NCBI GenBank assembly: GCA_951406725.2
Contig: OX597816.1
Coordinates: 129,518,001-129,582,000, forward strand
DNA from: Octopus vulgaris
Lineage: Eukaryota
Reading direction: 5' to 3'
DNA length: 64,000 nucleotides
The notes under the pieces were generated by a model. That model was not told where the DNA came from. It saw nothing but the letters and a program-made list of their open reading frames with translations, and did not search any database. Made by a program: the position numbers and the translations under genes. Of the stretch, positions 12,595 to 24,700 are shown piece after piece. Each line of letters opens with the position of its first letter. Within the stretch, counting starts at the first letter, position 1.

Positions 12595-15500
12595 CACACA
12601 CACACATATGGGGGAATTGAGGATAAACCTGGGTATAAATTATTAGTTCCTACATATGTTTCACCATTGCAATTATTTGGAACTTGACAGTGGATATTGC
12701 TATTGCATTCTGTTACGGAGATCTAATATCTGAAGTGAGACACATTACCATGTCCTGACTTCATATATTAGACTTCTAACACATTGCAATAAAGTATATC
12801 CCTGATAATCAATTAAAGTTATGCGTCCAAATGCACTTGGAACATCCAGTGTTGAATTTCAAATAATCGCAATGGTGAAACATAGGTAGGAACTAATAAT
12901 TTATATTTATGTTTATCTTAATCACTACTGTACTGGAAGCTGACTGGATAATGATAATCTATGTGGAGCTCTAACTCATACAATAGTAGTCATACATCTA
13001 ATAGTACATGCAAGATGTGTGTATATGTGTATGAATGCATGAGAAACTACACTTCATAAGAATTATTTTCTTTAAACTATTTCTTGTCTTTTCTTCTCAG
13101 TAAGGGAATCTGGAGTACTTGGTATGAAGAAAACTCCGCAGGTTTTACAGCTGCTCAGAATATTGTTTTAATTCAGCTGGTGCTTTATTTTGGTAAGTTG
13201 ATAAAACTTCATTCTCAGGTGTGATTTTATAAAAGATTTTTGATGTAGCTTAGTAAAAATATAAATTATATTGGTAAATTTTAGTCAGTTTTTTTTTTTT
13301 TTTTTATATTATCATTCTTAATTTTTCCTATTTCAAATTCTTGACATATTAGGTTTGCTCAACCATAATCAGCACTATCCTGTTACACTGGCCCTTGGCA
13401 AACCTATATATGGTTACTTGGTAGAAATAGCTGTCAAGTCTCCCTCAAATCATCATATTGTTGTAGAAAAAGATACATTGTATAATGTGGTTTTAAGTTT
13501 TTGACATGTGGAAAAAAGATGAAGTAGTCATGGCTGGAAAACCTTGATTATATACATGCTTGGTCAGAGCTGATCTGGAATTAAACTAGTCTCTGACAGC
13601 CCTGTATTATGTAGATTCATTTCATGGAACATGCAATTAGAGCATATTTGTTAAACTTTAAATATATATGTAAAATATTATCAATAAATATAACAATTAA
13701 CCTGTAAACTTTCATTAACCAAAACCTAAAACTTTTTATTTTATAATAAAATGAATAATTGGTCACTATATATGCTGCATTCGGTACATTGTTAGTCTTA
13801 TTGAAATTTATTCCTTCCCATCACAAATCAAAGCTTTTTACTTTTACAGTCTAGATATAAATGAGAGGTCAGTTTAATTTCTACTTTAGCTAATGCTAAC
13901 TTTCCTTTTTCTGGGGGTCAGTAGATTAAGTACCAATTACATCATTAATGACATGTAAATGTTGTTTCACCTCATTAGTGTGGGTTGGATAAGTCTGTTG
14001 TATGATATAGGTCCACTTGTCTTAACTTTTAATCACCTTATAATTAACTCAGTCACCTATGTATTTTGAACCAATGAGGGAGCTCACTGTTTCAGTGTAG
14101 TCTGTTAGAAATAGCAGCAAAATATTCCTCAAATCCCACTCTATTGTCTTGAAATTGTAAGAATACAATATGTAGTCCTAGATATAGTGCTGAAATCATC
14201 ACAGCCAAAATACTTTTCAACAAAGATCTGTATCGGGTCCAACTAAATATTTCGTTATAAAATTAACTGGCCAAAAATAGATTATTTCAAGAATAAGGTA
14301 TTAAACCTTTGAATTCTTAGTCTATAAGTTTATTACTGCTGTTTTGCATGTCATTTAGCAAAATACTAAATACTATTACACAAACTACAAGTAACTGTGA
14401 ATAAATAAATAAATAAAGATATATATTAGTAGTAGTGGTGAAAAACTGCATGAAGTCTTATATCAAAGTAGCTCTATTTCCAAGACCATTTGTAAAATAT
14501 TCATGTAAAACATTGATTTTATTGCACAATAACAAGTCAGTTGCCTCTCTTGAAGTGTTCATATCTGGAAGTTTTGTCCATCGGTCAGAACATGTATGGA
14601 AGGAGCCACCTTACACCAACAGTCTGTGGGCCATTATTGTTATTACAATGTACGTATTTTTTCTAATCTCTTTTAAGTTAATGATTCACTTCATAATCCA
14701 CTTCATAAAATATTGTCAAAGTTTCATAGTTTTTTATTTTTGTTTTACATTTTAATAGTTATATTAGAATGAACACTATTACATTTTGTTTGTTAAGCTA
14801 TTTGTATTTGGATGCCCAATCTATCAGCAACCTCTTTTCTATGAAACACTATAGAACATATTTTGACTGAAGTAAATACTGTCTCTTGCCTAACAATGTG
14901 AAAATTATTTTGTACATTTAAGAAAATGTTTAACTCTAGCTTTTAAACCGGCTATATCCAGCCCAAATAGTCTACCTGTTTTATGTTAAAACTGGCCAAA
15001 TCCAGCACTTCACACCTACCTTATAATGTTATTCTAAAAATAAACAATCACATCTTCAAATTCTCTAAGTTTACAAGATAATACATGACTTATTTTAAAA
15101 TATGTGAGTAAATAAGCAATGCATGTGACAGAGTTATCTGAATGCTAATTGAGATTTGACTCGTAAGTTGATTCATCATACATTTTCTTCTATACAGCTT
15201 TCAGAAAATGATTTTATATTTGCATTATTTTCAAATTTGATTATATTGTAAAATAAGAAATATTAATTAAGAAAAAAAATTACTGCTCAGTTTTGAAAGT
15301 TTTATGAAATTTGATCAGTTTACCAAAAAGATGTGAGAAAAATATTTTTTTCTTTTTTCCATCTAAATATATTAACTATTTCATTTCATAAGATTAGAAA
15401 ACTGATTTATTTATTTCCTCTTGTCTTTTTATGTCCCTGTGCAAATCTATGCAGGTTTTCAAATTTTACATTTGCAAAAATTTAATAAATTTTTAAAGCT

Positions 15501-17684
15501 AATGCTAAAATTAGAAACATTATTGAATGGTTGAAATGACCTTGCTGTGTGCCGTAAACACCCTTTTATATCCTAGTCTCATCAGACTGGACTTTTATTC
15601 ATCTAGGGTCAATAAAACAAATACCTGCCATATATTGAGGTCAGCTCTATTCATTATACTCTTCCTGTTGAAATCTATGACCTTGTTCTAAGATGAGAAT
15701 TTTATATTTTCTATTTTGTTTTTAGCTTGGCTTTTCAGGTGACATTCTTTCTTTGTGACATTGCAATATATGAAGGATTCAGTAGAGCGTGGCTGTCCTA
15801 TGTCCATCCGGCCATCTGGGTGATCTTGCTTATATGGCCTATTGTCACTCTAGCATTCAGTGAATTGGTAAAGCATTATGAAATAAAGTGAGTATATTTC
15901 TGATTCTTAACGATTCTAATATCTTCTTGCTTTAATACCTTATTTTCTGGCATACAAGACGATGTAGCATATTGTGTAAACATGTAGTATAAACATTCAA
16001 ACATCATCTTTCCAAATCCTGCTGCTTTTCACATAGAATTTTTGGTCCTCCAAAGTTGACCAACCACTTTTCTATTTTCTCTTTTGTCTGAAAATTTCGA
16101 CTTGCATGCCAGAAAATACATTAACATAACTGTCTTAATTTGTCATGAAACATTTTTGCAAGTCAAATACTGATCCTTGGTTAGGACTGAGTTGTACTTT
16201 TTAGATTCTGTATACCCTTACTTGCTGGAGTTGATTTTATTTTGTTCCTCAGAAGTGATAAAATAAGTACCTGTCATATTTTGAGGTCAATTCAATCACC
16301 AAAATATTCCCCCGCAAACTTCTGTGGTCATATTCCAACATGTATCTTGAAATCTTTTATTTATTTATTTATTATTTAACACAATTTGTAATCTATATTG
16401 CAATATATTACTAATACTTAATATTTTTGACCTTCACAGCTTAAAATCAGGAGGCAGTGAATGAGAAGAAACCTGCAAAATTTAGTTCCTCTCTTTCTCT
16501 CTTTATAATCATTGTATGATGATAATTGGTACGTGACATCTAGGAGTAGTATAGATAATTGGATTGACACCAGATCTATAATTTTGTGGAAAGGCACAGT
16601 TTGATTAAATCAGTCCCAGTATTTGGCTAGCATTGATTTTATTGACTCATGCAAAATCAAAACAAAAGCTAGCCATGAAAGTATTTGTTGTTGTTTAGGC
16701 CTTGTCAGCCTTTGCCAAGCAGATCTGATACATCAAACATTGATCATCCCATCATTATTTTTTTATCATCAGAAAAAGTGTAACTTGGACTAAATTATCT
16801 GATATGCCCTTTTTTTAGGATAGTAAGGTGTGATTTGAAAGAGATTTGATTCTATTTCTGACACATTGGGTGATTGCATAGAAGCTCCTTTATAAGTTTG
16901 TACTGAGAAAGTAAAAGGGACCCAACTAAGTACAAGTTTTCTCTGACCCTCTACCAATTCTACCAGTTGGCAAATAATTATTTAAAAAGTTTTTTTATTT
17001 TTTTGTTCAGATTAACACAGTCCTAATTATAAATATGATGGCATAGTTGATTGGATAGATTCCTCTATCACTGATGCTTTGCTTTTCATTCTTCCCATAA
17101 ATCAGTACCAATGAGGTTTGAACTTAAAACAAAAAGCTATCACTATTCTACTGATCTACTAATTCTACTGATCTACTAATTCTACTGATCTACAATAAAC
17201 AATAATAGTTTCTAATTTAGACACAAAGCCAACTATTTTGAGGGACAAGAGATAAATTAAATTAACTCCAGTATAGTAATGGTAAAGTTGATTTTGGCAT
17301 GATTTGAATTCAAAATGTAAAAAGCACAAGACATTTTGTCTGATAATCTAATAATTCTGCCAATACATTGTCCTGGATTCTTATGTAAGAATAATGATAC
17401 AATTCTCTCTGTTCACCTTAATTTTAGAATATAAAATTTGGTAATAATTATATTTTTGAATAACATTGAATCTTTTCTGATGTATATAAACTCAAAATAT
17501 AGCTCTTTGTAAAGTATTTTTTTTTTAAATTCATGTGAATTGTCTTTAACATTTATATTTAACAAATTCTGTATATTGTTGCTAATATGTATATTTTAAT
17601 ATTTATTTTAGACTTAATGTGAGATATCAGAAGCGAGCTCACCTAGCATTTGAAACTAAACTTGGAATGAATTCTCCGTTTTGA
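1481..17684 (+). CDS. TMEM94: TMEM94 (KIAA0195/ERMA, P-type ATPase-like membrane protein), 3' part with 10 coding exons; 5' exons lie upstream of the window
   Basis: Exons 1481-2053, 5024-5123, 6996-7104, 9662-9839, 9948-10193, 11493-11635, 13101-13192, 14556-14649, 15726-15887 and 17612-17684 join in frame (1770 nt). Motifs VFSEKMGLEAGWNCHISL, LPRGIENIRPHL, DNVPLLV.LFTDCTPE, MIKIMQEYGEV and the C-terminus YQKR..L.FETKLGMNSPF* match TMEM94 as I recall it. Confidence 0.95.
5024..5123 (+). CDS. TMEM94: TMEM94 exon (AQLPRGIENIRPHLEKVDNVPLLVNLFTDCTPE)
   Basis: ttccag acceptor, gttagt donor, conserved peptide. Confidence 0.93.
5234..6727. mobile_element. Non-autonomous Tc1/mariner-pogo-type DNA transposon (long copy)
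   Basis: TA-flanked; termini CTGTAAAAACTCATGTAA...TTATATGGGTTTTTTTATGG; colinear with 48691-49460. Confidence 0.75.
6996..7104 (+). CDS. TMEM94: TMEM94 exon (TKEMIKIMQEYGEVVLCVGSSLNVKNTGIFLQADC)
   Basis: atcag acceptor, gtaagt donor, phases consistent. Confidence 0.93.
7240..7453. mobile_element. About 210-bp TTAA MITE family (CCCTTTAGCATTCA...TGAATGCTAAAGGG); other copies near 14930-15148, 22248-22470, 24782-25294, 35707-36303 and 47808-47930
   Basis: Recurrent internal sequence cacacctaccctacaatgtcattctaaaaataaac and matching termini. Confidence 0.75.
9662..9839 (+). CDS. TMEM94: TMEM94 exon (LAIEPLYPQLC...LIQLIAE)
   Basis: ttccag acceptor, gtagga donor; ORF 9663-9860. Confidence 0.9.
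9948..10193 (+). CDS. TMEM94: TMEM94 exon (ARNHVLSMGNCFQFML...HINKQ), transmembrane segments
   Basis: aaag acceptor, gtaagt donor; ORF 9903-10247. Confidence 0.9.
11493..11635 (+). CDS. TMEM94: TMEM94 exon (MLLHFMLSFIFRFVPP...DLNPE)
   Basis: tgtag acceptor, gtaagt donor, hydrophobic peptide, phases fit. Confidence 0.85.
11662..11883. mobile_element. TTAA-flanked piggyBac-type MITE
   Basis: TTAA-CCCTTT...AAAGGG-TTAA; TIR match is short. Confidence 0.55.
12634..12905. mobile_element. Foldback MITE with about 60-bp TIRs
   Basis: TATAAATTATTAGTTCCTACATATGTTTCACCATTGC ... GCAATGGTGAAACATAGGTAGGAACTAATAATTTATA. Confidence 0.8.
13101..13192 (+). CDS. TMEM94: TMEM94 exon (KGIWSTWYEENSAGFTAAQNIVLIQLVLYF)
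   Basis: ctcag acceptor, gtaagt donor, phases fit. Confidence 0.85.
14556..14649 (+). CDS. TMEM94: TMEM94 exon (VFISGSFVHRSEHVWKEPPYTNSLWAIIVIT)
   Basis: gaag acceptor (in-frame alternative cag at 14540), gtacgt donor. Confidence 0.85.
15726..15887 (+). CDS. TMEM94: TMEM94 exon (LAFQVTFFLCD...SELVKHYEI)
   Basis: tttag acceptor, gtgagt donor. Confidence 0.88.
17145..17193. repeat. 17-bp tandem repeat, about three copies
   Basis: attctactgatctacta repeated. Confidence 0.85.
17612..17684 (+). CDS. TMEM94: TMEM94 last coding exon (LNVRYQKRAHLAFETKLGMNSPF*)
   Basis: tttag acceptor, TGA at 17682-17684, conserved C-terminus. Confidence 0.95.
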
Positions 17685-19727
17685 ACTCTTCAAATCAAAC
17701 ATTTGGCATGAAGAAATTTCAAATGGAGACAGTAAAGCTCTAAGTAGCTGGTTCTTGTCAAGCACTTTGATCTAATCTTGAGATGCTACAAATAACACAA
17801 AGTGCTTGCATAGGGTGCTTTTGACCGAGCACTTGATGTAATTTTGTAACACATATACCTGAAGTACCCGTGTAACTGGTTTTTTTCATCAGACAATCTA
17901 CTCGTGTGGTGTTACAGTGAGAAAAATGTCTGTTGCTGAGTGTAGACTGCATTCCCCAGTGTACTCTCTCTGTCTCCCACCTATCCCTGGAAATCTGAAT
18001 TCAAACTGAACAAGATGATCATGTCTTTCTAATTGCCTTCCTTCCCCCCACCCCCATCCCATCCATCTCTGTTGGGATGAGATGAGATGTATATTCCACC
18101 GTGACTCAATAGCAGAGATTACCCAATAAAAACTGACAGTATAACATTTCAAACAAAATTAAAAATCACGATTATACAGATTATAACAACTTAAGTCTTG
18201 CTGGGCAGGTTTTCTGTCATTGATTTCAAAAAAAAAGTTGATGAGGCGTTTTAACATGGGATTTTGTTTCTTCTTTGTTTTTTTTTTCTAACCCCCCACC
18301 CACCCACCTTTTAATTTTGTTAGTAAAATTTGCTTTGGTGGGTGGATAGGGATCCACCCACCTGGAAAGAATTAAAATCACTCTTATATTTTGATTACTG
18401 AGTAAGTTATAAGAGTTGATAGCTCACTCAAGTATTGTTTATAGTAAAACAGTTTTTTTTTCAACATTTAGTATTAAAAAAAAAAACAGCATTGACAGTA
18501 AAGAAATTTCGTTTCCTAGTGATAGATTTTCATAATTATAATTTTATAATCCACAAAAGAATATTGTTTACAATTGGCAATTTGTGTATTCTTTAACCTA
18601 ATGCCTACACTTCATTTTCTTTCTATTTCATATTTTTAAATTCCACTGACAAAAATAAAAAATGAAATATATTGCTTTCAAGCAACTTTTTTCTAACAAT
18701 ATTCTTTCCGATAATTCAACTTCGTTTTCTCAAGGGAAGAATAAATTATGATTTCCCCTCTCAATAATTGTCTTTTTTTTTTTTCCCCCCTAATAAAACT
18801 TATAATTGATATTTTTTAACACATTTGCAATATTCTTTGTAAAATATTAAAATCCAATACTTCAACGTAGATACCACTTTGTCATAAAGTATTTTATATA
18901 CAAAATTGAGGAGTTATCTATAAAATACATTGTAAAATAATAAATATAATAATAATAATACAAGGCTTATTTTTCAATTTCTTCAGAACTTTAAATTTTA
19001 GAGTTGATTAGTCAATATTTTTTTTCTTTCTTGTATTCAAATTTCAAAATTCTTCTCCAATTTCATAATTCCCTTTTCATCCCTCAGACTTCTAATTTAT
19101 AAAATGCAGTTCTCTATTTACACTTTGGTTTCCAGTAAACATAGAACATTTAATGAAATGTTGTTTACAGAGCATGTCTAATTAATTTGAAAATGAAATT
19201 CCTCTCCAACTTTGGGTAGCAAGACTTGGGTTCTATTCAGAAGTGATTTTTTATGTACAAAAATTGATCAAAATGATTCTAAACTGTAAATAACTTACTT
19301 GGAAAAAAAAATCATGTGGTAAAGCAGATTTACTCAACTTTTGTTCTTGTTTTGTTGTCTTTTATTTTCATTTTATTTAAACTTTGTTTAATTCATTTAG
19401 TCCTGTTTTCAGAACATTTTCATCAAAATCTGTTCAATATTGTTGTATACCAAGCATGAACAACCTTTTATGAGCAGTGGTCCACATCAGGTATGGCTCA
19501 TCATAAAGTGGGTCACACTTCTAAAATATTCATAATTTTTCATGGAAGTTATCTCAACCATTTTCGCCAAAGAATACCCTCTACAAGGATCTGCATTGCC
19601 CCCATCTCATAGTTCAATCCCTCGTCCACAAGGTCTTGTAGTTCTGCAAGCTCAGTAGTGCTAGCAGCACAAAAAAAACACCCAGTCCTTGTTGGAAAGT
19701 GGCGTTATCTTTTTTCTAGAATTTAAG

Positions 19728-20213
19728 ATTAATGTGACCTTCCCTTCTTGGGACACAAAACTCTACTTGTGAAGACCTGTTGAGGCAAGTGAGGATCAGA
19801 ATCGAAATCGATCAATGGAAATTGCAGATGTGTTACCAGTGCCGGTGGCATGTAAGAGAACCTTCCGTTTCGTGACCGTTGCCAGCGCCGCCCCGACTGG
19901 CCTTGTGCCGGTGGCACGTAAAAAGCACCATCCGTTCGTGTCCGTTGCCAGCCTCGCCTGGCCCTCGTGCCAGTGGCACATAAAAAGCACCATCCATTCG
20001 TGGCCGTTTGCCAGCTCTGTCTGGCACCTGTGCGGGTGGCACGTAAAAAGCACCCACTACACTCACGGAGTGGTTGGCGTTAGGAAGGGCATCCAGCCGT
20101 AGAAACACTGCCAGATTTGACTGGGCCTGATGAAGCCTTCTGGCTTCACAGACCCCAGTAGAACCGTCCAACCCATGCTAGCATGGAAAACGGACGCATG
20201 ATGATGATGATGA
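19728..20213 (+). mobile_element. RTE-type 3' end element with internal GTGCCGGTGGCACGTAAAAAGCACC repeats and (GAT)n tail; other copies about 7808-8117(+), 32370-32645(+), 33720-33965(-), 34760-35060(-), 45263-45640(-), 52103-52490(-), 52620-52873(+), 56975-57266(+)
   Basis: Shared ggcgttaggaagggcatccagc...catgctagcatggaaaacggacg tail; the 32370 copy starts with an ORF-end-like [13 protein letters not shown]. Confidence 0.8.
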
Positions 20214-21600
20214 ATACATGCTACAGCTGTGACATGGAATAATTAAGAGAACACTTAAATCTGTGTATTACATATCTATCAAAACTGTTTTTCATTCAAA
20301 AGGTGCACATTTAAGTCTAGCCATCAAATAATTTGATTGGTTATTTTTAAGTTGAAAGATAATGTTAACAGCCTTTGGTTTATACTGTAGAAAACCAGAA
20401 ACCTGGTATTTCTCTGAAGAAAGCATCTTATATGGATGTATTCAAGTCTGGGGCTTTAGTAGAAGACCCTTGTCCAAGATGCCACACAATGGGATTGAAC
20501 CCAAAACCAAGTGGTTGGGAAATTAACTCAACACACAGCCATCCTTGTACCCAGCAAAGTTATTTATTCAGTGGAACTTGAATTCCACCTGTAACTCAAT
20601 AATAGCAAGGTTGTTAAGTGCTATGTCCTCGACGAAGTTTAGTGCAAGTCGGTCCAAAGTTGTCTCCCTTGTAATTCTGACTAGAATTTAATTTTTTCTT
20701 CTTCCTTCCTACTACATATGTAATAATTTCTTAGCTCATTATATGGCTAGCATAGTTTTATTGTATATAGTATAGTATTCTATCATTTCTTTCACTATTT
20801 TTTTCTGATAATTTCTACTGGTAGTACAAAACCACATATTTAGGTAGAAGAAACAGTTTTATTACCTATATTTGTCCAAATCAGTAATGGCAAAGCTAGG
20901 ACATGCATATTAATAATGATGAACCACATAAGTTTTTAGTGGCAAGCAGTGGACTTTAAAAAAATCTCTGCATAAAAAAAGTTTGTCTATAATTCTTCAC
21001 CAAAAACAAAATACCTGTATACAATATAGTCATGGGTCTGACCATGAAGTTAAGTTCACTAAGGAACCACATGATTTATATTTATTTCCCAGTGGGCAGG
21101 TGTTGTCTTCTGCCAGGTCTTTGATCTGACCAAAACTTTGGGGAGAATTTGGTCAATAGATAATATAGATATGTGATAGCAAATCTGTACATGTGTTACA
21201 GATATGTTATATATCTATAACGTGTTTTTCTCATTTTGTTTGCCCACAGCATAAAATAAGGATGCCGTCTGTACATTGAGGTTATTTATAATCTGCTGCA
21301 AGAAAATGACTGGCTATTGGGTTGTTCATAGTTTGAAGAACTAGGGGAATATTGTTATACTTAGAAACACATGATGGTTGGCAACAAGTACATCTGACCA
21401 TAGGAAACCTACCATAATAAATTTCATCTAATCCATACCAATGTAGAAAACTGGGTATTAAAATAATGATATGTGACAGACACTCCAATAACAGGGTTAT
21501 TAATTTCAATATTCCAAGCTAAAATGGTTTATCACTGATCAAGATTCATTAGAGAAAAATGCTACAAACTAATGAAACTCAATAAACAGAACAGCAAAAA

Positions 21601-21606
21601 TTTATT
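21601..21606 (-). terminator. Candidate MIPEP polyadenylation signal
   Basis: AATAAA on - about 100 nt after the stop; a second one lies near 21626; common hexamer in AT-rich DNA. Confidence 0.4.
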
Positions 21607-21703
21607 AGTGGAAAAGATTTTGTATTTTATTTTGGTTTAAGACATAAAAAATATATATATATATATAACATCTATTGATATCTAAGAAAGGCCAAGTCCT
21701 TCC

Positions 21704-21780
21704 TTACACTTCTTCTTGTTCCAGTTCATTAATCAGTGAACTTACTAATTTGTCCATGGTGGGTTGCTCTCCTAATAAAC
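21704..21780 (-). CDS. MIPEP: MIPEP last coding exon ([24 protein letters not shown])
   Basis: ttcag acceptor; TAA at 21706-21704. Confidence 0.9.
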
Positions 21781-24700
21781 CTGAAAAACATTACAGGAAA
21801 ACATCAGCTACGAACTAACTAGGATAATTCTTCATTATGAAAAAAAGAGAGAAAAGGTCATTTCTGAAAGGAGATGAAGTTAGAAACCAACTAGAAAAGG
21901 AACGTCCCTTTTAAACTATTTATATTATTCTACTCTGTAACATGTTTGGCTGTGGGTAATAATAGGATTAAATAAATTTTGGATTCAGCAATAAGAGAAA
22001 AGATTGTTAATCTGAGAAATTCCAGTTCTATAAATTTCATGACTTCAATATAAGTTTTCATTTTATAATCACTATTTCATGTAATGATATCAGACAAACT
22101 AGAAAGAAAGATCTCAGATAATAAAAGCTAAAAATGTACCTCGAATATATCAGGTTGTTTATTATATATCAAGCAGCAGCAATCAGCTGTTGCACTTCAT
22201 GGACTAAAGTGTTATTAAAGCAAAGCCTTTTTTTAATCACAGCAGTACTTAACCATTTCATGTTTAAACCAGCCATATCCAGCCAAAAATATTGTTTTAT
22301 CTTCAGACTGGTCAGATATGGTCTTTCATAGCTACCTCACAATGTCATTTTAAAAATAAACACTCGCATCATTGAAATCTCAAAGCCATGAAATAATGCA
22401 TGGTTAATTTTAAATGGGTGAATACATAAGCTTTACATTTGGCAGAATAATCTGAATGCTAAGGGATTAAAGGATGACAACACTGTAAATACACAAATTC
22501 TAACAAAATGTAATTAAATTGTGCCTAAATTGCCAAATTCAGAAAATTTACCTTCAATGAGTTCTTGTGGCGGCCTTCCCCCACCATGAGACAACAATTC
22601 CCGTCGGTAACGCTCACCCATGGTTCTAAAGATGAAATTTAAAAAATGGAATAACTATTTAACGATGCCAATCTACATGACAATTTCTTTTTATAATTCT
22701 AGCCTAAAGACAAATAAATGCAAGAACATAAGATATTATCCTGAAGTATAATAATGAAATAAAATCTTAAATCATCCAGTGTTGAAATTATCATTAAAAT
22801 AAATGTTTCAATACAGTATTTTCTACAAAGAATGTAGAAAGAAAAATAATATAGGAGTCAAACTATAAAGAAACATTTTCAAGTAATGTAAAGAGTCTAA
22901 GAAAACTTTTTGAGAAGTAATATTAAAATGTGAAAACAACAATTTTCTCAGAACACTATAATCCTTACAGCCTTTCATTACAATCATTATGCAAGGTGCG
23001 ATGTTTAAAGGGTCTTAACAGTTCTGTCAGATTCAAGATGCATCTGCATGAGTTTAACAGAGAAGAATTATGAGTCCCCTAGTTTGAAAAGAGTTTTAAG
23101 ACTTACTGGCTAAAAGGATCTTCTTTAAAACATTTCTCCCAAATTCGCGAAGCAACAGCACGAGATAACAAATAAGAATAATAACGAGCCCCATAACCAA
23201 CTAAATGGACAAAACGCAACTGCCAAGCCTGAAATAAAAGAAAAATCAAATATAAAACATTCTAAAGATCAAAGTTGAAATAAATACACTCATTAGTCCA
23301 ACCCATACCAGCATGGAAAATGTATGTTAAAGGATGATGGCAATGATGATGATTACCAATAAGAGGAATTCTTAATGAGATGCTTCCTGAATGAAAGTAT
23401 TTCAGAACAGATAAAATAGTTATGTGAATTATTCTTTGTTCATCTTCAAAATAACTTGCTTCTATTATGTACATAATGCAATTGTCATAGACCAGTGGTA
23501 AGCTACCAGCAAGTAGAGTTTGTACTTCAAGTATAATCTTTATTTGGGCTTTTCCACTTTCTCTTCACACCTGTGATTTCCAGTTATAATTGCAGCTTCA
23601 AGAAAAATGGTTACTGCCAAGCCAACTTACTCTTGACATACTGTATGAAGATGAGGTTTTTAAGTGATCATTCAACAACTTATTAAAGAGTTAATGGAGA
23701 AGCAGCAGTTCTTCATCATTACGAATGCGTGTAAGGCCCTAATACCAAACTGTCCAGCCAACAACACTGTCAACCACATGACCCCACAAGAAACAGTGGC
23801 CAGCATAGATGTTATCTCTTATGCTACATCTACCATGTGCCCTCATAAAACTAGACTAGTCAAGCTCAACATTATGTGTTCATTTATAGTCTACCTTCAC
23901 TTATAAGGGAAGTAAATAACTTGAGATTTTTTTTCTATTTTGCTGACTTATTTCCATTTAGCCTTGATACCAAGATAAATCTATTCATACTGCACTCTTC
24001 TTAAAACTGACTGTAAGTATTTCTAATTTGCAATTAGTTAATTTGTATATGTCTCAGTCAAGTTGAAATTTAAATTTACCAACACCTTTCACTGAATCTA
24101 ACCCATATTACAGACAATGGGCAATAAACAAATACTCTGTAAATATTAGAAGTCACAGTTTAAAAATTATAATGCTGCAACAGAGGAATTTCATTACCTT
24201 TATGTCTCAACCTTAGTTGTTTGCAGTAAAAAAGTTTTGTTTCCCATACAGAGACGTAAGTTGCTAAATACAGTACTATAACTTTCCCTTAGAAAACTTG
24301 AACTGAAGTAATATGTTGTTGACAAACAGCAGCTAAATTCAGTCAAGGCACACTTATCACATTTTCTCATCTGAAAGCCTTTTATAGGCCAGCAATTAAG
24401 TTAATAAGTATATGACATGCCCTCACAGCTCTAAAGATTCAGGGTTACATGACTATAAGACAAAATACTGCAACTTGGCACAGATTTAAATTAAAACAAA
24501 TGATCATTTTCAATATTTCTCTTTCAGTCCTACACTCATGTGTATAGAGCTCTTTTCTTCTCATTTAGCTGCCTTCTAAATAAATATATATTCCTCGAGT
24601 TCATTACAGATTAAACAAAGAATTCCTGTAGGTTGTTGCTAAGATGGCAGGTTTACAATGACTAGACCAAGGAGAACAGCAGTGTAGTGGCGATTTATGT

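Noticed and set aside
17682-17684. TGA as possible selenocysteine or readthrough
   Set aside because: Coincides with the conserved TMEM94 C-terminus (MNSPF*); no SECIS recognised
19838-20056. Repeat-spacer-like GTGCCGGTGGCACGTAAAAAGCACC units resembling CRISPR
   Set aside because: Eukaryotic retroelement internal tandem repeats; spacers are related to each other and no cas genes are present
20127-20150. CTGATGA-AGCC-ttct-GGCT hammerhead-like start (also at about 52780)
   Set aside because: No GAAA or cleavage triplet follows; it is a variant of the repeat consensus ctggtgcagcc
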